A stretch of DNA of 64,000 nucleotides from Syntrophomonadaceae bacterium (GTDB lineage Bacteria; Bacillota; Dethiobacteria; DTU022). The stretch spans positions 1-64,000 of the forward strand of contig PWYU01000077.1 in the NCBI GenBank assembly GCA_003567725.1. Direction: 5' to 3'. Made by a program: the position numbers and the translations under genes. The notes under the pieces are model-generated. The model saw only the letters and a list, made by a program, of their open reading frames with translations, did no database searches and was not told the origin of the DNA. Positions 17,513 to 29,034 of the stretch are shown one piece after another. Each line of letters begins with the position of its first letter. Position 1 is the first letter of the stretch.

Positions 17513-19203
17513 GATCGATCCCCCCCAATAATAATATCATTAATAGCCCGGTTTGGAGCAACCATAGGGTAAACATTTTCCTCCGGTTCAACTACAAAAT
17601 CTATTACAACCGGGCCTTTTTGCTGCATGGCCTGTTCTATCACTGCCGTTGCTTCATGTTCATCTTTGGCGCGCATTCCGGTAGCACCATATGCTTCAGC
17701 CAGCTTAACAAAATCTGGGTTTCCTTCCAGCAGGGTATGAGAATAACGCTTATCATAAAATATATCTTGCCATTGCCGTACCATTCCCAGATAACTATTG
17801 TTTATAATGGCAATGATAATATCCAGCCTGTTGTAAACAGCCGTCGCCAGTTCCTGGCTGTTCATTTGAAAGCTGCCGTCTCCGGTAATACAGATCACTC
17901 TTTTTTCTGGTGCAGCGAGCTTGGCTCCGATGGAAGCCGGAAAACCGTAACCCATAGTACCCAGGCCCCCAGAAGTTAAAAATGCCTGGGGACGTCGCAC
18001 AATAAAATGTTGGGCCGTCCACATTTGATGCTGCCCCACATCCGTAGCAACAATGGTATGATCATCGCTTAACCTGCTTAGCTCCTTGATTACAAATTGC
18101 GGTTTCAGAGCGCTGCCGGTTTTTTTTAGCCCACCTGGCATAGGGTTTTGTTTTTGCCAGTTATCAATCTGTTTTAACCACCCTGCGGTATCTCCAGGCT
18201 GTAATTTTTTCAGGATAGCTTCCAGCACTATTTTTACATCTCCGACAATAGGGACATCAATTTTAACATTTTTACCAATTTCAGCAGGATCTATATCAAT
18301 ATGAACAATTTTCGCATTGCGAGCGAAAGAATCCAGCTTCCCGGTTACCCGATCATCAAAGCGCACTCCTGTAGCGATAATCAGATCAGCTTCACTCAGT
18401 GCATAATTGGCGGTAATACTGCCGTGCATCCCGGGCATACCAAGGAATAACTCCCTGTCTCCCGGGTAAGCACCCAATCCCATCAAAGACAAAATAATCG
18501 GAATCTGAGCTTTGTCAGCCAAATCTTGTAAAGCTGTTGAGGCTCCAGAACGGATTAAACCACCTCCGCCAAAAATCACCGGCCTTTTGGCATCCCTGAT
18601 TGCTTTTACAGCCCGGCTTATTTGGCCTACATGACCATCATAGGTAGGGTTGTAGCCGGGTATTTCGCACTCTACATTATATTCAAAAGGAGCTTCCTGA
18701 TCAAAAACATCTTTGGGAACATCTAATAACACCGGCCCTCTCCGCCCGGTTGAAGCCAGATAAAAAGCTTCGGACAAGATTTCCGGTAATTGCTTAGCAT
18801 TTTTTACCAGGTAGTTATGCTTGGTTACAGGAAGAGTAATGCCGGTTATATCTGCCTCCTGAAAAGCATCGGTGCCAATAAATCCGCTTGGAACCTGGCC
18901 GGTAACCAGCACAAGCGGTACAGAATCCATATAAGCATTGGCGATACCGGTAACCAAATTGGTAGCCCCGGGCCCGGAGGTGGCAAAAACTACTCCCGGC
19001 TTTCCAGTAACCCGGGCATACCCATCGGCGGCATGAACAGCTGCCTGCTCATGCCTGACCAGTAAATGTTTTAACTCAGAATCATAAAGGCTATCATACA
19101 GCGGAAGAACCGCACCACCCGGATAGCCAAATATTATTTCAACCCCTTCTTTTTGCATTGCCGAAATAATCATTGCCGAGCCTTTTGCCATCTTTTTCTT
19201 CAT
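17509..19203 (-). CDS. ilvB: Acetolactate synthase large subunit (ThDP/FAD)
   Basis: 564 aa. It has the ThDP-binding motif GDGSFQMN and N-terminal GAE…GYPGGA. Confidence 0.9.
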   Translation of the reverse strand: MKKKMAKGSAMIISAMQKEGVEIIFGYPGGAVLPLYDSLYDSELKHLLVRHEQAAVHAADGYARVTGKPGVVFATSGPGATNLVTGIANAYMDSVPLVLVTGQVPSGFIGTDAFQEADITGITLPVTKHNYLVKNAKQLPEILSEAFYLASTGRRGPVLLDVPKDVFDQEAPFEYNVECEIPGYNPTYDGHVGQISRAVKAIRDAKRPVIFGGGGLIRSGASTALQDLADKAQIPIILSLMGLGAYPGDRELFLGMPGMHGSITANYALSEADLIIATGVRFDDRVTGKLDSFARNAKIVHIDIDPAEIGKNVKIDVPIVGDVKIVLEAILKKLQPGDTAGWLKQIDNWQKQNPMPGGLKKTGSALKPQFVIKELSRLSDDHTIVATDVGQHQMWTAQHFIVRRPQAFLTSGGLGTMGYGFPASIGAKLAAPEKRVICITGDGSFQMNSQELATAVYNRLDIIIAIINNSYLGMVRQWQDIFYDKRYSHTLLEGNPDFVKLAEAYGATGMRAKDEHEATAVIEQAMQQKGPVVIDFVVEPEENVYPMVAPNRAINDIIIGGDRS

Positions 19204-19205
19204 AA

Positions 19206-20891
19206 TTAATCACCTGTCTTTTGATTTGGAACTTCGCTCAGTACTGCACCTAAACTGGCTGAAGAGACCATTGAGGCATAACGTTTTAGATAACCGTGCT
19301 TTATTTTCGGCTCCGGCTTTTGCCATTTATCTCGCCGTTCGCTTAGCTGTTCCTCGGTGATTTTCAGATCCAATTTACGTCCGGGTAAGTCTATTAATAT
19401 CGTATCACCATCTTGAACTAAGGCTATCGGTCCTCCAACAGCTGCTTCCGGTGAAACATGACCGATTGACGAACCTCTGGTTGCACCCGAAAAACGCCCA
19501 TCTGTAATGAGGGCTACCTTATCGTCAAGACCCATTCCGGCCAAAACAGAAGTAGGTGCTAACATTTCGCGCATAGCGGGCCCACCACGAGGCCCCTCAT
19601 AACGGATGATTACCACATTTCCAGCTTTGATTTCATTATTGTTAATAGCTAGTACCGCACTTTCTTCACTATCAAAAACCCTGGCTGTTCCTTCAAAACG
19701 CTGCATCGAAGCTAAAACTGCTCCTTGTTTAACTACTGATCCTCCAGGAGCAAGGTTCCCAAATAAAACAGCCAGGCCGCCCTGGTCCCTGTAAGGCTCT
19801 TTGACACTATGGATTATTGAATAATCATTGTTACGCGCATCTGAGATATTAAAAGCCAGAGTTTTACCGGTTACAGTAAGCAAGTCTTCATGCAACAAAT
19901 TCGCATTAGCCAATTCTTTCATCACTGCCGGCACTCCGCCGGCCCGGGCTAAATCTTCAATGTGGTTGGGCCCTGCCGGGCTCAGCAGGCATAGCTGGGG
20001 TGTTCTTTCGCTGATTATATTTACCTGATTCAGATCAAGTATAATATCGCATTCATAGGCCAGTGCTGTTAAATGTAAAAGAGTATTAGTCGAACAACCC
20101 AGGGCCATATCTACTGCAAGGGCATTTTCAAAAGCTTTTGGGCCTAAAATCTGTTTAATCGGAATATCTTCATGCAATAGATCCATAATCCGCATCCCTG
20201 CTTCTTTAGCCAGCCTGATTCTGGCAGAGCTGACAGATGGTATGGTCCCATTTCCTGGCAAAGCAATACCAAGCGCTTCCGCCATGCAGTTCATAGAATT
20301 GGCGGTAAACATGCCGGCACATGAACCGCATCCCGGACAAGCGCAGGCAGCCATTTCTTCTAATTCCCCTTCAGACATCCGGCCGGCCCTCACTGCTCCA
20401 ACACCTTCAAACATTTTGCTTAAATCAATCTTTTTACCGTCATACTCTCCGGACAACATGGGCCCTCCACTAACGATAATAGCCGGTAAATCAAGCCTTG
20501 CCGCCGCCATCATCATGCCGGGTGTTATCTTGTCACAGTTAGTGATAAATACCAGGGCATCGAAACAGTGCGCTTCTACCATTAATTCAACACTGTCTGC
20601 TACCACTTCACGGCTGGCCAGTGAATAATGCATGCCGGCATGATTCATGGCAATACCATCACAAATAGCAATGGTAGAAAATTCAAGAGGAGTGCCGCCG
20701 CCCATTCTAATGCCTGCTTTGACAGCATCGGCAATATCATGTAAATGGATATGGCCGGGGACTATTTCATTGGCCGAATTTACAACGCCAATTAAAGGCT
20801 GCTCCAGTTCACGCGGATGAAAACCTGCCGCGCTGAAAAGGGATCGATGCGGGGCCCGGTCAAGGCCCCGGGTAACTTTATGACTGCGCAT
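19206..20891 (-). CDS. ilvD: Dihydroxy-acid dehydratase
   Basis: 561 aa with the ILVD/EDD signature (…CDKITPG…, …GPMLSGE…, [20 protein letters not shown] Fe-S ligands). Confidence 0.9.
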   Translation of the reverse strand: MRSHKVTRGLDRAPHRSLFSAAGFHPRELEQPLIGVVNSANEIVPGHIHLHDIADAVKAGIRMGGGTPLEFSTIAICDGIAMNHAGMHYSLASREVVADSVELMVEAHCFDALVFITNCDKITPGMMMAAARLDLPAIIVSGGPMLSGEYDGKKIDLSKMFEGVGAVRAGRMSEGELEEMAACACPGCGSCAGMFTANSMNCMAEALGIALPGNGTIPSVSSARIRLAKEAGMRIMDLLHEDIPIKQILGPKAFENALAVDMALGCSTNTLLHLTALAYECDIILDLNQVNIISERTPQLCLLSPAGPNHIEDLARAGGVPAVMKELANANLLHEDLLTVTGKTLAFNISDARNNDYSIIHSVKEPYRDQGGLAVLFGNLAPGGSVVKQGAVLASMQRFEGTARVFDSEESAVLAINNNEIKAGNVVIIRYEGPRGGPAMREMLAPTSVLAGMGLDDKVALITDGRFSGATRGSSIGHVSPEAAVGGPIALVQDGDTILIDLPGRKLDLKITEEQLSERRDKWQKPEPKIKHGYLKRYASMVSSASLGAVLSEVPNQKTGD

Positions 20892-21011
20892 ATTTTTCCT
20901 CCCATCAAATGTTTAAGGTTATAATTCCAGGCATAAGATGCTTTACTGATAATTATAAACCCTTTATTAAAATAGCTTCCTTTTTAGCACAAAATAAAGG
21001 CTGCTGAAATA

Positions 21012-21887
21012 TTATTCCAGGGGGACTCCCTCTTTCAAAGTCAAAGCCCGGAACAATTCCATCAAACGCCTGGTATAGGGGCCGGGTTTTCCACTGCCAA
21101 TAATTCTTTTATCTACTTCAGTAACCGGTATTACTTCAGCGGCTGTCCCGGTCAGGAAGCATTCATCAGCTACGTAAAGATCATGGCGGGTAAAAGGTTC
21201 CTCTTTTATTTCGATACCTTCGCTTTTTGCCAGCTGGATAATGACATCCCTGGTGATTCCTTCTAGTATACCAAGATAAGCTGGTGGAGTGATTAGCTTG
21301 CCTTTGCGATAGATGAAGATGTTATCTCCGGAGCCTTCGCAAATATAGCCCTGAGCAGTCATCGTAATCGCCTCTAAAACCCCGGCCCGGTTAGCTTCAA
21401 GCTTAACCAGGATATTGTTAAGATAATTCAAAGACTTGATCTTTGGATCAAGAGCATCGGCATTATTACGACGGGTAGCTACTGTTACGACGTTTAGGCC
21501 CTGACTATAAAGTTCTTCCGGGAAAAGACTAATTTTATCGGCAATGATTACCACCTGAGAGTTTTTACATTTTTGTGGATCCAAACCTAAATCTCCAACG
21601 CCACGAGAAACAACCACCCTGATATATGCATCCTTAAGGTTATTGGCATTAACAGTTTCAACAACCGCTTTGACCATCTGATGATGCTCATAGGGGATGG
21701 GCAGCAAAATTGAATGCGCTGATTCAAACAGTCTTTGGATATGTTCTTCTAATTTAAAAATACGACCTTTATAGGCTCTAATTCCCTCAAAAACTCCGTC
21801 ACCATAAAGAAAAGCATGATCAAAAACAGAAACCACTGCTTCTTTTTCCGGCACCAGCTGGCCGTTAATGTAAATTATACGGTTCAT
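21012..21887 (-). CDS. ilvE: Branched-chain amino acid aminotransferase (class IV PLP)
   Basis: The start is taken at the second in-frame ATG, which has AAGGGG 8 nt upstream. It carries class-IV aminotransferase motifs (…DHAFLYGDGVFEGIRAY…, …EGSGDNIF…). Confidence 0.8.
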   Translation of the reverse strand: MNRIIYINGQLVPEKEAVVSVFDHAFLYGDGVFEGIRAYKGRIFKLEEHIQRLFESAHSILLPIPYEHHQMVKAVVETVNANNLKDAYIRVVVSRGVGDLGLDPQKCKNSQVVIIADKISLFPEELYSQGLNVVTVATRRNNADALDPKIKSLNYLNNILVKLEANRAGVLEAITMTAQGYICEGSGDNIFIYRKGKLITPPAYLGILEGITRDVIIQLAKSEGIEIKEEPFTRHDLYVADECFLTGTAAEVIPVTEVDKRIIGSGKPGPYTRRLMELFRALTLKEGVPLE

Positions 21888-21924
21888 AAACATTGCCCCT
21901 TATTTAGAATTGTGGTGAGAATAT

Positions 21925-22182
21925 AAAAAACCCTCCGCCCAAAGGGGCGAAGGGGCTTCCTCCGCGGTACCACCCTTTTCATATCTGACCTTAACAATAG
22001 TTCAAGGTGTTTCTCAACGATTTTGATAACGGTATCACCCCGGCCCGGCTTACTATTAATTCAGCCAGGCGGCTCCAGACCGACATTCAACATCACCCTT
22101 TACCGGTTTCCAGCAAATCCGGCTCTCTGTAAAAAGAATAATGCTTACTCCTGTCTTTCACAGCATTTAAAGTAAAAGATTG
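21925..22182 (-). promoter_or_regulatory. T-box riboswitch leader controlling ilvE-ilvD-ilvBN-leuCD
   Basis: Minus strand carries the conserved T-box sequence AAAGGGTGGTACCGCGG (rc of 21962-21978). Directly after it is the terminator hairpin CCCTTCGCCC-CTTTG-GGCGGAGGG + TTTTTT (rc of 21925-21957). The 5' portion contains an AGAGAG stem-I element. The specifier codon is not resolved by eye. Confidence 0.7.
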
Positions 22183-22188
22183 TTTAAT

Positions 22189-22217
22189 ATTATAGCCCGC
22201 TAGATAGCTGGTGTCAA
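22189..22217 (-). promoter_or_regulatory. Consensus sigma-A promoter driving the T-box leader
   Basis: Minus strand has TTGACA (rc 22212-22217), a 17-nt spacer, and TATAAT (rc 22189-22194). Confidence 0.6.
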
Positions 22218-22310
22218 CAATTTTGGCGTTTTTCTTTTTTATCTTTTGTCCCAATTATCCCAATATCTTCACTTCTGTTGCAGAGAGAAGAGGTTTTTAA
22301 ATGCCTGTTT

Positions 22311-23822
22311 TTAATTTACCGGATAAACAAAATTTAAATCGTCACTCCAAAAAAGGCTTTCATCAACCTGATATATGTTGTCAAAATTGATATTATTGGT
22401 TTTGTTATCGTCTTTAGACACCTCATCTTTATTTGCATAGTTGCTGCAGGTGTCCTTCAAGTTTAAAGGCGGCAGCTCCCCTTTACGCCTTTTAAAGAAA
22501 TCCAGGGCCACATTGGGGAAGATGATATAAGAGAGCACATCTTCTTCCTGCTCAATATAGTCAGCAATTTCAGTTCTCGCTTTATCCAATTGCGGTTCCA
22601 GTAAATCAGCAGGACGGCCTGTAATGGGAGACTCATCTTTAAGGACAATCTTTTGCAGTTCGCTGCTGGTTTCTCCAGGAGGTTTTCCATAAAGGCCGCG
22701 CATGTAATTCTTAACTTCGGTTAAGACCATCTTGTAACGCTCACCAGTTAGTACATTAACTACAGCCTGAGTGCCTACAATCTGGCTGCTGGGAGTAACC
22801 AGGGGCGGATATCCAAGATCTGCCCTGACTTTAGGAACTTCGGCAAGCACATCTTTAAGAAGATGAGTAGCCTTAGATTCCGCCAGCTGTGATGCCAGGT
22901 TAGAGATCATGCCACCTGGTATTTGATAATTCAAAACATTTGTATCCACACCCATTACATTTCTAGGGATTTCATAATCACAGCTTATTTCAGTGAAATA
23001 ATCGCTTACTTTTGTTAAAAGATCCAGATCCAGACCAGTATCATAGGGGCTATCTTTTAAGGCTGCAACCAGGGTGTCTGTAGCCGGTTGGCTGGTTCCC
23101 ATCGACAGGGGCGCGGTAGCGGTATCAATTACATCGACACCGGCTTCAATAGCTTTTATATAGGCCATCGAAGCCATCCCGCTCGTATAATGGCAGTGCA
23201 GCTGGACCGGTAATCCCACTTCCTCTTTAAGGCGTTTTACCAGTTCAAATGAGTTAAAAGGGGATATCAAACCGGCCATATCTTTTATACACAACGAATC
23301 CGCTCCCATATCTTTCAAATCAGATCCGATTTTTATAAAATAATCATTATCGTGAAAGGGGCTGATGGTATAACTGATTGTGCCCTGAGCATGGGCCCCT
23401 TCTTCTTTAGTTGCATAGATCGCTTTTTCCATATTACGTAAATCATTTAAGGCATCAAATATCCTGATGATATCAATACCATTGGCTACAGCTTTTTTAA
23501 TAAATTCAACAAGAACATCGTCCGGGTAATGACGATAACCAACAATATTTTGGCCGCGCAAAAGCATTTGCAGTTTGGTATTCTTTAAACCTTTACGTAA
23601 TTGGCGAAGGCGCTCCCATGGATCTTCATCCAGGTAACGCATGCAGGAATCAAATGTTGCTCCTCCCCAAACTTCGAGAGAATGATAACCCACCTGTTCC
23701 ATTAACTCAAGAACTGGCAACATTTCTACCAGGCGCATTCTGGTAGCCAGGAGTGATTGATGTGCATCACGTAATGATGTATCGGTAATCTTCACTTTAT
23801 TTTTTGCATTCAAAAACAACAC
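22311..23822 (-). CDS. Carboxyltransferase 5S-type subunit (HMGL-like pyruvate/oxaloacetate carboxyltransferase domain) lacking a biotinyl domain
   Basis: 503 aa. The N-terminus KITDTSLRDAHQSL… and the conserved carboxylase domain resemble PycB/OadA-alpha and the transcarboxylase 5S subunit. The C-terminus has no AMKM biotin-attachment motif. It lies 33 nt downstream of gyrA. Confidence 0.75.
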   Translation of the reverse strand: MLFLNAKNKVKITDTSLRDAHQSLLATRMRLVEMLPVLELMEQVGYHSLEVWGGATFDSCMRYLDEDPWERLRQLRKGLKNTKLQMLLRGQNIVGYRHYPDDVLVEFIKKAVANGIDIIRIFDALNDLRNMEKAIYATKEEGAHAQGTISYTISPFHDNDYFIKIGSDLKDMGADSLCIKDMAGLISPFNSFELVKRLKEEVGLPVQLHCHYTSGMASMAYIKAIEAGVDVIDTATAPLSMGTSQPATDTLVAALKDSPYDTGLDLDLLTKVSDYFTEISCDYEIPRNVMGVDTNVLNYQIPGGMISNLASQLAESKATHLLKDVLAEVPKVRADLGYPPLVTPSSQIVGTQAVVNVLTGERYKMVLTEVKNYMRGLYGKPPGETSSELQKIVLKDESPITGRPADLLEPQLDKARTEIADYIEQEEDVLSYIIFPNVALDFFKRRKGELPPLNLKDTCSNYANKDEVSKDDNKTNNINFDNIYQVDESLFWSDDLNFVYPVN

Positions 23823-23855
23823 CCTTTCCTGCTTATATTGATAGTATGAGAATGA

Positions 23856-26273
23856 TTAATCCAACCCGATCAAGTTAACCAGGCGATCGTCTTTATCCAA
23901 CCGGATTAGGGTCACACCTCGGGCATATCGTTTCATAAGCGAAACTTCTTCTACTTTTTGGCGGTTAATAACCCCCCGGGCAGTAACGATCATAAATTCT
24001 TCTGCTTCTCCGTTTAAAACCATAAATACCGCCAGCGGTCCACTCTTCCTGGTTGTTTTCATGCCGATATTTCCCTTGCCACCGCGTCGCTGCGCGTTGA
24101 ATTCTTTGACCAGGACTCGTTTTCCGTACCCCTTTGCGGAAGCGATTAAAAGCTGATCGTCACCAGTTACCAGATCTGCTCCGATTATTCTATCTTCAGG
24201 CCCCAGGGTGACTGCTTTAACTCCCCTGGCGGCCCGGCCCATAGCCCGCACTTCCCCTTCAGAGAAACGGACGAATAAACCGGCGCTTGTACCGACAATC
24301 ACTTCTTTTTGGCCGTCTGTCAACCTAACGGCCATAAGCTCATCTTCAGGTGACAGGTTTAAGGCAGTAAGGCCGGTTTTTCTGGTATTCCTGTATTCTT
24401 TTAATGAAGTTTTCTTGATCATGCCCCGTACTGTAACCATAAGCAAAAATCGATCCTCGCTGAACTGATCAATAGGCAGAGTGGCAGTAATATGCTCTTT
24501 CTCCTCCAGGGGCAGCAAATTAACTAAAGCTGTTCCCCTGGACTGTCTGCCAGACTCCGGTACTTCATGAATTTGCAGTAAATAAACCTTACCGCGGTTG
24601 CTAAAACACAGCAATTTATCATGAGTCGATGCCACATGGCATTGTTCTACACAATCATTTTCCCGGGTCTGCATACCTAAAACACCACGGCCACCCCGAT
24701 GCTGACTTCGATAAGTAGTTAAAGGCAGCCGCTTGATATAACCCCGATCGGTTAGCGTTACGACAACATCTTCTTGAAAAATTAAATCGGTTAGCACTAC
24801 TTCACTAATATCAGCGACAACCTGGGTTCTTCTTTCATCGGCATGTTTATTCTGAACTACAGCCAGCTCATCGCTGATTATTCCCATTACCAGGTTATCG
24901 TCTTCCAAAACCTGCTTCAAATATGCTATTTTATCGATTAACTGCTGCTGCTCTTCTGTCAGTTTTGATATCTCGAGCTGGGTTAGCCGCTGCAAGCGCA
25001 TATCCAGAATAGCTTGAGACTGCTTTTCAGTAATGCTTAGTAAATCCATCAGGCCTTGCCGGGCAGTAACCACATCCTTGGAAGCCCTGATCAAGGCTAT
25101 AACCTCATCAAGGCGATCAAGGGCTGCCAGCAATCCTTCAACAATATGCAATCTTTCTTCAGCTTTTCTTAAGTCAAAAAGGGACCGGCGCCTGATTACA
25201 TCTTTCTGGTGCTCAAGGTAACAGACAAGCATCTGCTTAAGATCTAAAACCTGTGGCTGTCCGTCAACTAAGGCCAGCATTATAATACCGTAAGTCTGCT
25301 GCAGAGAAGTATACTGATAAAGCTGATTAATGATTACCTGGGGGTCGTAATCTTTCTTGACTTCTATAACTATGCGGACACCTGAACGATCGGATTCATC
25401 ACGCAGATCGGTTATGCCTTCCATCTTCCGTTCCTTTACAATTTCCGCAATCTTTTCAACCAGCCTGGCTTTATTTTGCTGATAGGGCAATTCGCTAATG
25501 ACAAGCTGATTGCGGCCTTTATCCTTCTTTTCAACTTGAACCAGGCCCCTGATTTTTATAATTCCTCGGCCGGTAGTGTAAGCAGAGTTAATACCTTCAT
25601 GGCCCACTATAATGCCACCGGTTGGAAAATCGGGGCCTTTGATAAATTGCAGCAGATCCCGCACCGATGCTTCAGGATTTGCAATGAGGAGTTTAATGGC
25701 CTCGATTAATTCATTAAGATTGTGAGGAGGGATGTTGGTAGCCATACCCACGGCAATACCTGAAGAACCGTTTGCCAAAAGGTTTGGAAAACGGGAAGGT
25801 AAAACAACCGGTTCTTCAAGGCTCTCATCAAAATTAGGCCTAAAATCCACAGTTTCTTTATGCAAGTCCGTTAACATCTCGCTGGCAATAGTAGACAGGC
25901 GCGCCTCTGTGTAGCGCATTGCCGCAGCAGAATCTCCATCCTGCGAACCAAAATTACCATGACCGTCAACCAGGGGATAGCGAGTCGTAAATACCTGGGC
26001 CAGGCGGACCAGGGCATCATATAAGGCTACATCACCGTGCGGGTGATATTTCCCCAGCACTTCACCAACAATTCTAGCTGATTTCCGGTAAGGCTTATCA
26101 TGTGTAGAACCCATTTCTGACATAGCATAAAGAATACGTCTGTGCACAGGCTTAAGGCCGTCTTTAACATCAGGCAGGGCTCTGCTTACAATAACGCTCA
26201 TAGCATAATCAAGGAAAGAAACCTTGACTTCATCATAAATATTAACGGGAACTATATTTTCTCTTTCGGCCAT
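23856..26273 (-). CDS. gyrA: DNA gyrase subunit A
   Basis: 805 aa with N-terminus …[20 protein letters not shown]… (active-site Tyr region) and C-terminal beta-pinwheel repeats. Confidence 0.95.
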   Translation of the reverse strand: MAERENIVPVNIYDEVKVSFLDYAMSVIVSRALPDVKDGLKPVHRRILYAMSEMGSTHDKPYRKSARIVGEVLGKYHPHGDVALYDALVRLAQVFTTRYPLVDGHGNFGSQDGDSAAAMRYTEARLSTIASEMLTDLHKETVDFRPNFDESLEEPVVLPSRFPNLLANGSSGIAVGMATNIPPHNLNELIEAIKLLIANPEASVRDLLQFIKGPDFPTGGIIVGHEGINSAYTTGRGIIKIRGLVQVEKKDKGRNQLVISELPYQQNKARLVEKIAEIVKERKMEGITDLRDESDRSGVRIVIEVKKDYDPQVIINQLYQYTSLQQTYGIIMLALVDGQPQVLDLKQMLVCYLEHQKDVIRRRSLFDLRKAEERLHIVEGLLAALDRLDEVIALIRASKDVVTARQGLMDLLSITEKQSQAILDMRLQRLTQLEISKLTEEQQQLIDKIAYLKQVLEDDNLVMGIISDELAVVQNKHADERRTQVVADISEVVLTDLIFQEDVVVTLTDRGYIKRLPLTTYRSQHRGGRGVLGMQTRENDCVEQCHVASTHDKLLCFSNRGKVYLLQIHEVPESGRQSRGTALVNLLPLEEKEHITATLPIDQFSEDRFLLMVTVRGMIKKTSLKEYRNTRKTGLTALNLSPEDELMAVRLTDGQKEVIVGTSAGLFVRFSEGEVRAMGRAARGVKAVTLGPEDRIIGADLVTGDDQLLIASAKGYGKRVLVKEFNAQRRGGKGNIGMKTTRKSGPLAVFMVLNGEAEEFMIVTARGVINRQKVEEVSLMKRYARGVTLIRLDKDDRLVNLIGLD

Positions 26274-26414
26274 TTCTTCTCCTTAAAATATGGATTGAGG
26301 AAGTAGTACATTAATATAAGTTTACCATATTATATTAGAACAGAAAAGATATGCAGCGACCATTTCAGAAACCAGGTTGCAACATAACAAGCAAAATATA
26401 AATCCAGGCTTTTA

Positions 26415-26933
26415 TTATGGAATAGAGACAAATATCTTTAACAGGATGGGTTCGCTTGCATAGTCTGTCAGATCGTACTCTTGATCATGGATATAAAGTC
26501 GATCTTTAGTTAAAGGAGCTACAAACAAACCAATATCCTGTCTTGGTTTTTCTTCATGGTAGACAACAAAATTACCATTAGCTATTTCAACTTTAACTGA
26601 CCCATCTAAATCTGGAAGCCCTGGTCCAAATGAATCAAAAAAAGTAGCAAGGGGTTTAATCCGGCCTGAGTCAGTAATTTTAAACTCACCTGAAACATCT
26701 TGTTTGCTCACAGAGTGCTGATATGATAACTGAAATACATCACCCTTAACTACCGGTATGGCATAAATAACTTCTTCATGCTCCTGGGCTTCTATAATCA
26801 ATTGCCACTGCTGCCGGGGTAAGACTATAAATATATAGAAAACTAGAGCAAGCACGCCCAAGAATAAAAGCAGATAAAAAATCCACCTTTTCTTAATTCC
26901 TGATCGTGCCTGCTTATGATTTAAATTAATCAT
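26415..26933 (-). CDS. DUF1850-family protein associated with TAXI-TRAP transporters
   Basis: The start is taken at M42 (MINLNHK…), which has AGGTG 8 nt upstream; the longer ORF would overlap the permease gene by 86 nt. It has a single N-terminal TM and then a beta-rich domain. Confidence 0.65.
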   Translation of the reverse strand: MINLNHKQARSGIKKRWIFYLLLFLGVLALVFYIFIVLPRQQWQLIIEAQEHEEVIYAIPVVKGDVFQLSYQHSVSKQDVSGEFKITDSGRIKPLATFFDSFGPGLPDLDGSVKVEIANGNFVVYHEEKPRQDIGLFVAPLTKDRLYIHDQEYDLTDYASEPILLKIFVSIP

Positions 26934-26970
26934 TTTAAAACACCTGCCCGCCCAGCTAAAACTTTTATGA

Positions 26971-29019
26971 TCAAGCAGGTGAAATGCCTTTTGCATCTTC
27001 AAAAGCTTTCCGTCGCCGCTGGTGCAAATAGATAAAAACAAAAACACTGACTCCAATTATATCTGTAAGGATAGTCGGCCAGATCATTGAGACAGCAATA
27101 GCAAGCAAAATGGCCTGTTCATAAATCCTGAGCTTTGTAAACAGCCAGCGCTGAATTACTGCACTAAAACAATACATGCCAAAAAGAGAAGTTAAGGAAA
27201 CCAGGACGGCTTTATCCCAGGTTGTATCGATCAAAAGAAACTCAGTATTGTAGATAAACATGAACGGCAGCAAAAAAGCGGCCATATCAACCTTGAAGCC
27301 CTGGATCCCGGTTCTGATCGGCTCCGACTTGGCTACAGCTGCAGCCGAATAAGCCGCTACCCCAACCGGAGGTGTGTCATCGGCCAGGATGGCATAGTAA
27401 AGAATAAAAAGGTGGATGCCAACTACCGGCAGATCCGGCTCAACAAAAAGCACCGCCGGGGCAACCAGGGTAGCCATGATCACGTATTTGGCAGTTGTGG
27501 GAAGGCCCATGCCAAGGATAATTGACATTATCGCAGAGATAACCAGTAATAAAAAAAGACTGTCTCCGGCAAGGACCGAGAAAAAGATCGTCATCCTCAG
27601 GCCCAGGCCAGTCAGGCTGATAACACCAACAATTAAGCCGGCGCAGGCACAGGCAACGCCAATTCCGGCCATGCTTTTAGCTGAAGCATCCAGGCCGTCA
27701 ATAAACTCTTTACCCATGGTTTTAACAGACTGCGCAAAGGCCTCTGATAACTCCATCGTTCCGGAGCGCACAGCTTTAAAACCTTGCAAAACTTTAACAG
27801 CAAAACTTACTACGAGCATTGCCATAATCCCGTAAAAACCTGCTGTTAGGGGAGTAACCCGCAGGATCAAGAGGTAGTAAATAAGAATTATCACCGGTAT
27901 CCAAAAATGAATTCCCGCTATAAAAGTAGAAATAAAGGGCGGGATTTCTTCCCGGGGAAGCGCCTTTATGCCGGTTTTTGCCGCTTCCAGGTCAACCATG
28001 ATCAACAAGGCCACATAACTCATTACCGCCGGCAGCGCCGCGTGTATGCAAATCTGGTAATAGGGGATACCGGTAAATTCAGCCATGATAAAAGCGGCTG
28101 CACCCATGATTGGAGGTAAAAACTGACCGTTAGTTGAGGCGGCAGTTTCAATCCCCCCGGCTACCTCCGGTTTAAAACCGGCTCGTTTCATCATAGGAAT
28201 AGTCATCGAACCGGTGACCACCGTGTTTGCCACGGAACTTCCGACAATACTGCCCATAAATCCGCTGCCCACTACGGCAGCTTTGGCCGGCCCCCCCCTC
28301 GTTCTTCCCAGCATGGCATTAGCCAGCTGAACCAGGTATGCTCCGGCTCCTGAAGCCTGAAAAAAGCAGCCGAACATGACAAATACAAAAACAAAGGAGG
28401 CCGCTACACCCACGGGAATGCCGAACATGCCCTCGCCTGTTAAATAGAGGTGATCAATTACTCGTCTCAAGCCGTAACCCCGGTGGGCGATCAGATCCGG
28501 CAGATAAGGGCCCAGGTAAGTATAAGACAGGAAAACGATTGTCACCACCGGCAGGACAAAACCAAAAGCGCGCCTGGCCGTTTCCAGGATCATTAGCACA
28601 GCTGCGGCCCCAAAAATCAGATCTATCGGAAGCGGGCTGCCAACCCGGTGGGCCAGGTCTTCGTAAAAGATAAAAACATAAAAAACAGAAGCAAAGCTGA
28701 CCAGGGCTAGTAAAATATCGTAAAAAGGAAGCTTATGATATTGCTCTTTTATTTTTTTGTTTAATGGAAAATACAAGAAACAAAGAACAAGGGCTACTGA
28801 CAGGTGAGCTGAACGTTGCAAGCTGGCTGTAAGCTGTCCTGCTCCCGCTGTATAAAGGTGGAATAGAGCCCATAATGCTCCGATCGCAAATATGATAAGT
28901 CCCGCTTTGCCGGCTAATTGCCTCGTCATGCCTTCTTCCGTAAACTTTTTCAATTCTTCTGGAAGTTCAGGGGTTCCAATATTATTGTCAGCCTGCACAA
29001 AAATCCACCTCTCTAGCAA
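26971..29019 (-). CDS. TAXI-type TRAP transporter fused 4TM/12TM permease
   Basis: 682 aa and polytopic. The ORF begins with TTG; an alternative ATG at 28929 (M31) is possible. Confidence 0.85.
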   Translation of the reverse strand: MLERWIFVQADNNIGTPELPEELKKFTEEGMTRQLAGKAGLIIFAIGALWALFHLYTAGAGQLTASLQRSAHLSVALVLCFLYFPLNKKIKEQYHKLPFYDILLALVSFASVFYVFIFYEDLAHRVGSPLPIDLIFGAAAVLMILETARRAFGFVLPVVTIVFLSYTYLGPYLPDLIAHRGYGLRRVIDHLYLTGEGMFGIPVGVAASFVFVFVMFGCFFQASGAGAYLVQLANAMLGRTRGGPAKAAVVGSGFMGSIVGSSVANTVVTGSMTIPMMKRAGFKPEVAGGIETAASTNGQFLPPIMGAAAFIMAEFTGIPYYQICIHAALPAVMSYVALLIMVDLEAAKTGIKALPREEIPPFISTFIAGIHFWIPVIILIYYLLILRVTPLTAGFYGIMAMLVVSFAVKVLQGFKAVRSGTMELSEAFAQSVKTMGKEFIDGLDASAKSMAGIGVACACAGLIVGVISLTGLGLRMTIFFSVLAGDSLFLLLVISAIMSIILGMGLPTTAKYVIMATLVAPAVLFVEPDLPVVGIHLFILYYAILADDTPPVGVAAYSAAAVAKSEPIRTGIQGFKVDMAAFLLPFMFIYNTEFLLIDTTWDKAVLVSLTSLFGMYCFSAVIQRWLFTKLRIYEQAILLAIAVSMIWPTILTDIIGVSVFVFIYLHQRRRKAFEDAKGISPA

Positions 29020-29034
29020 CCATTATTTCAAAGT

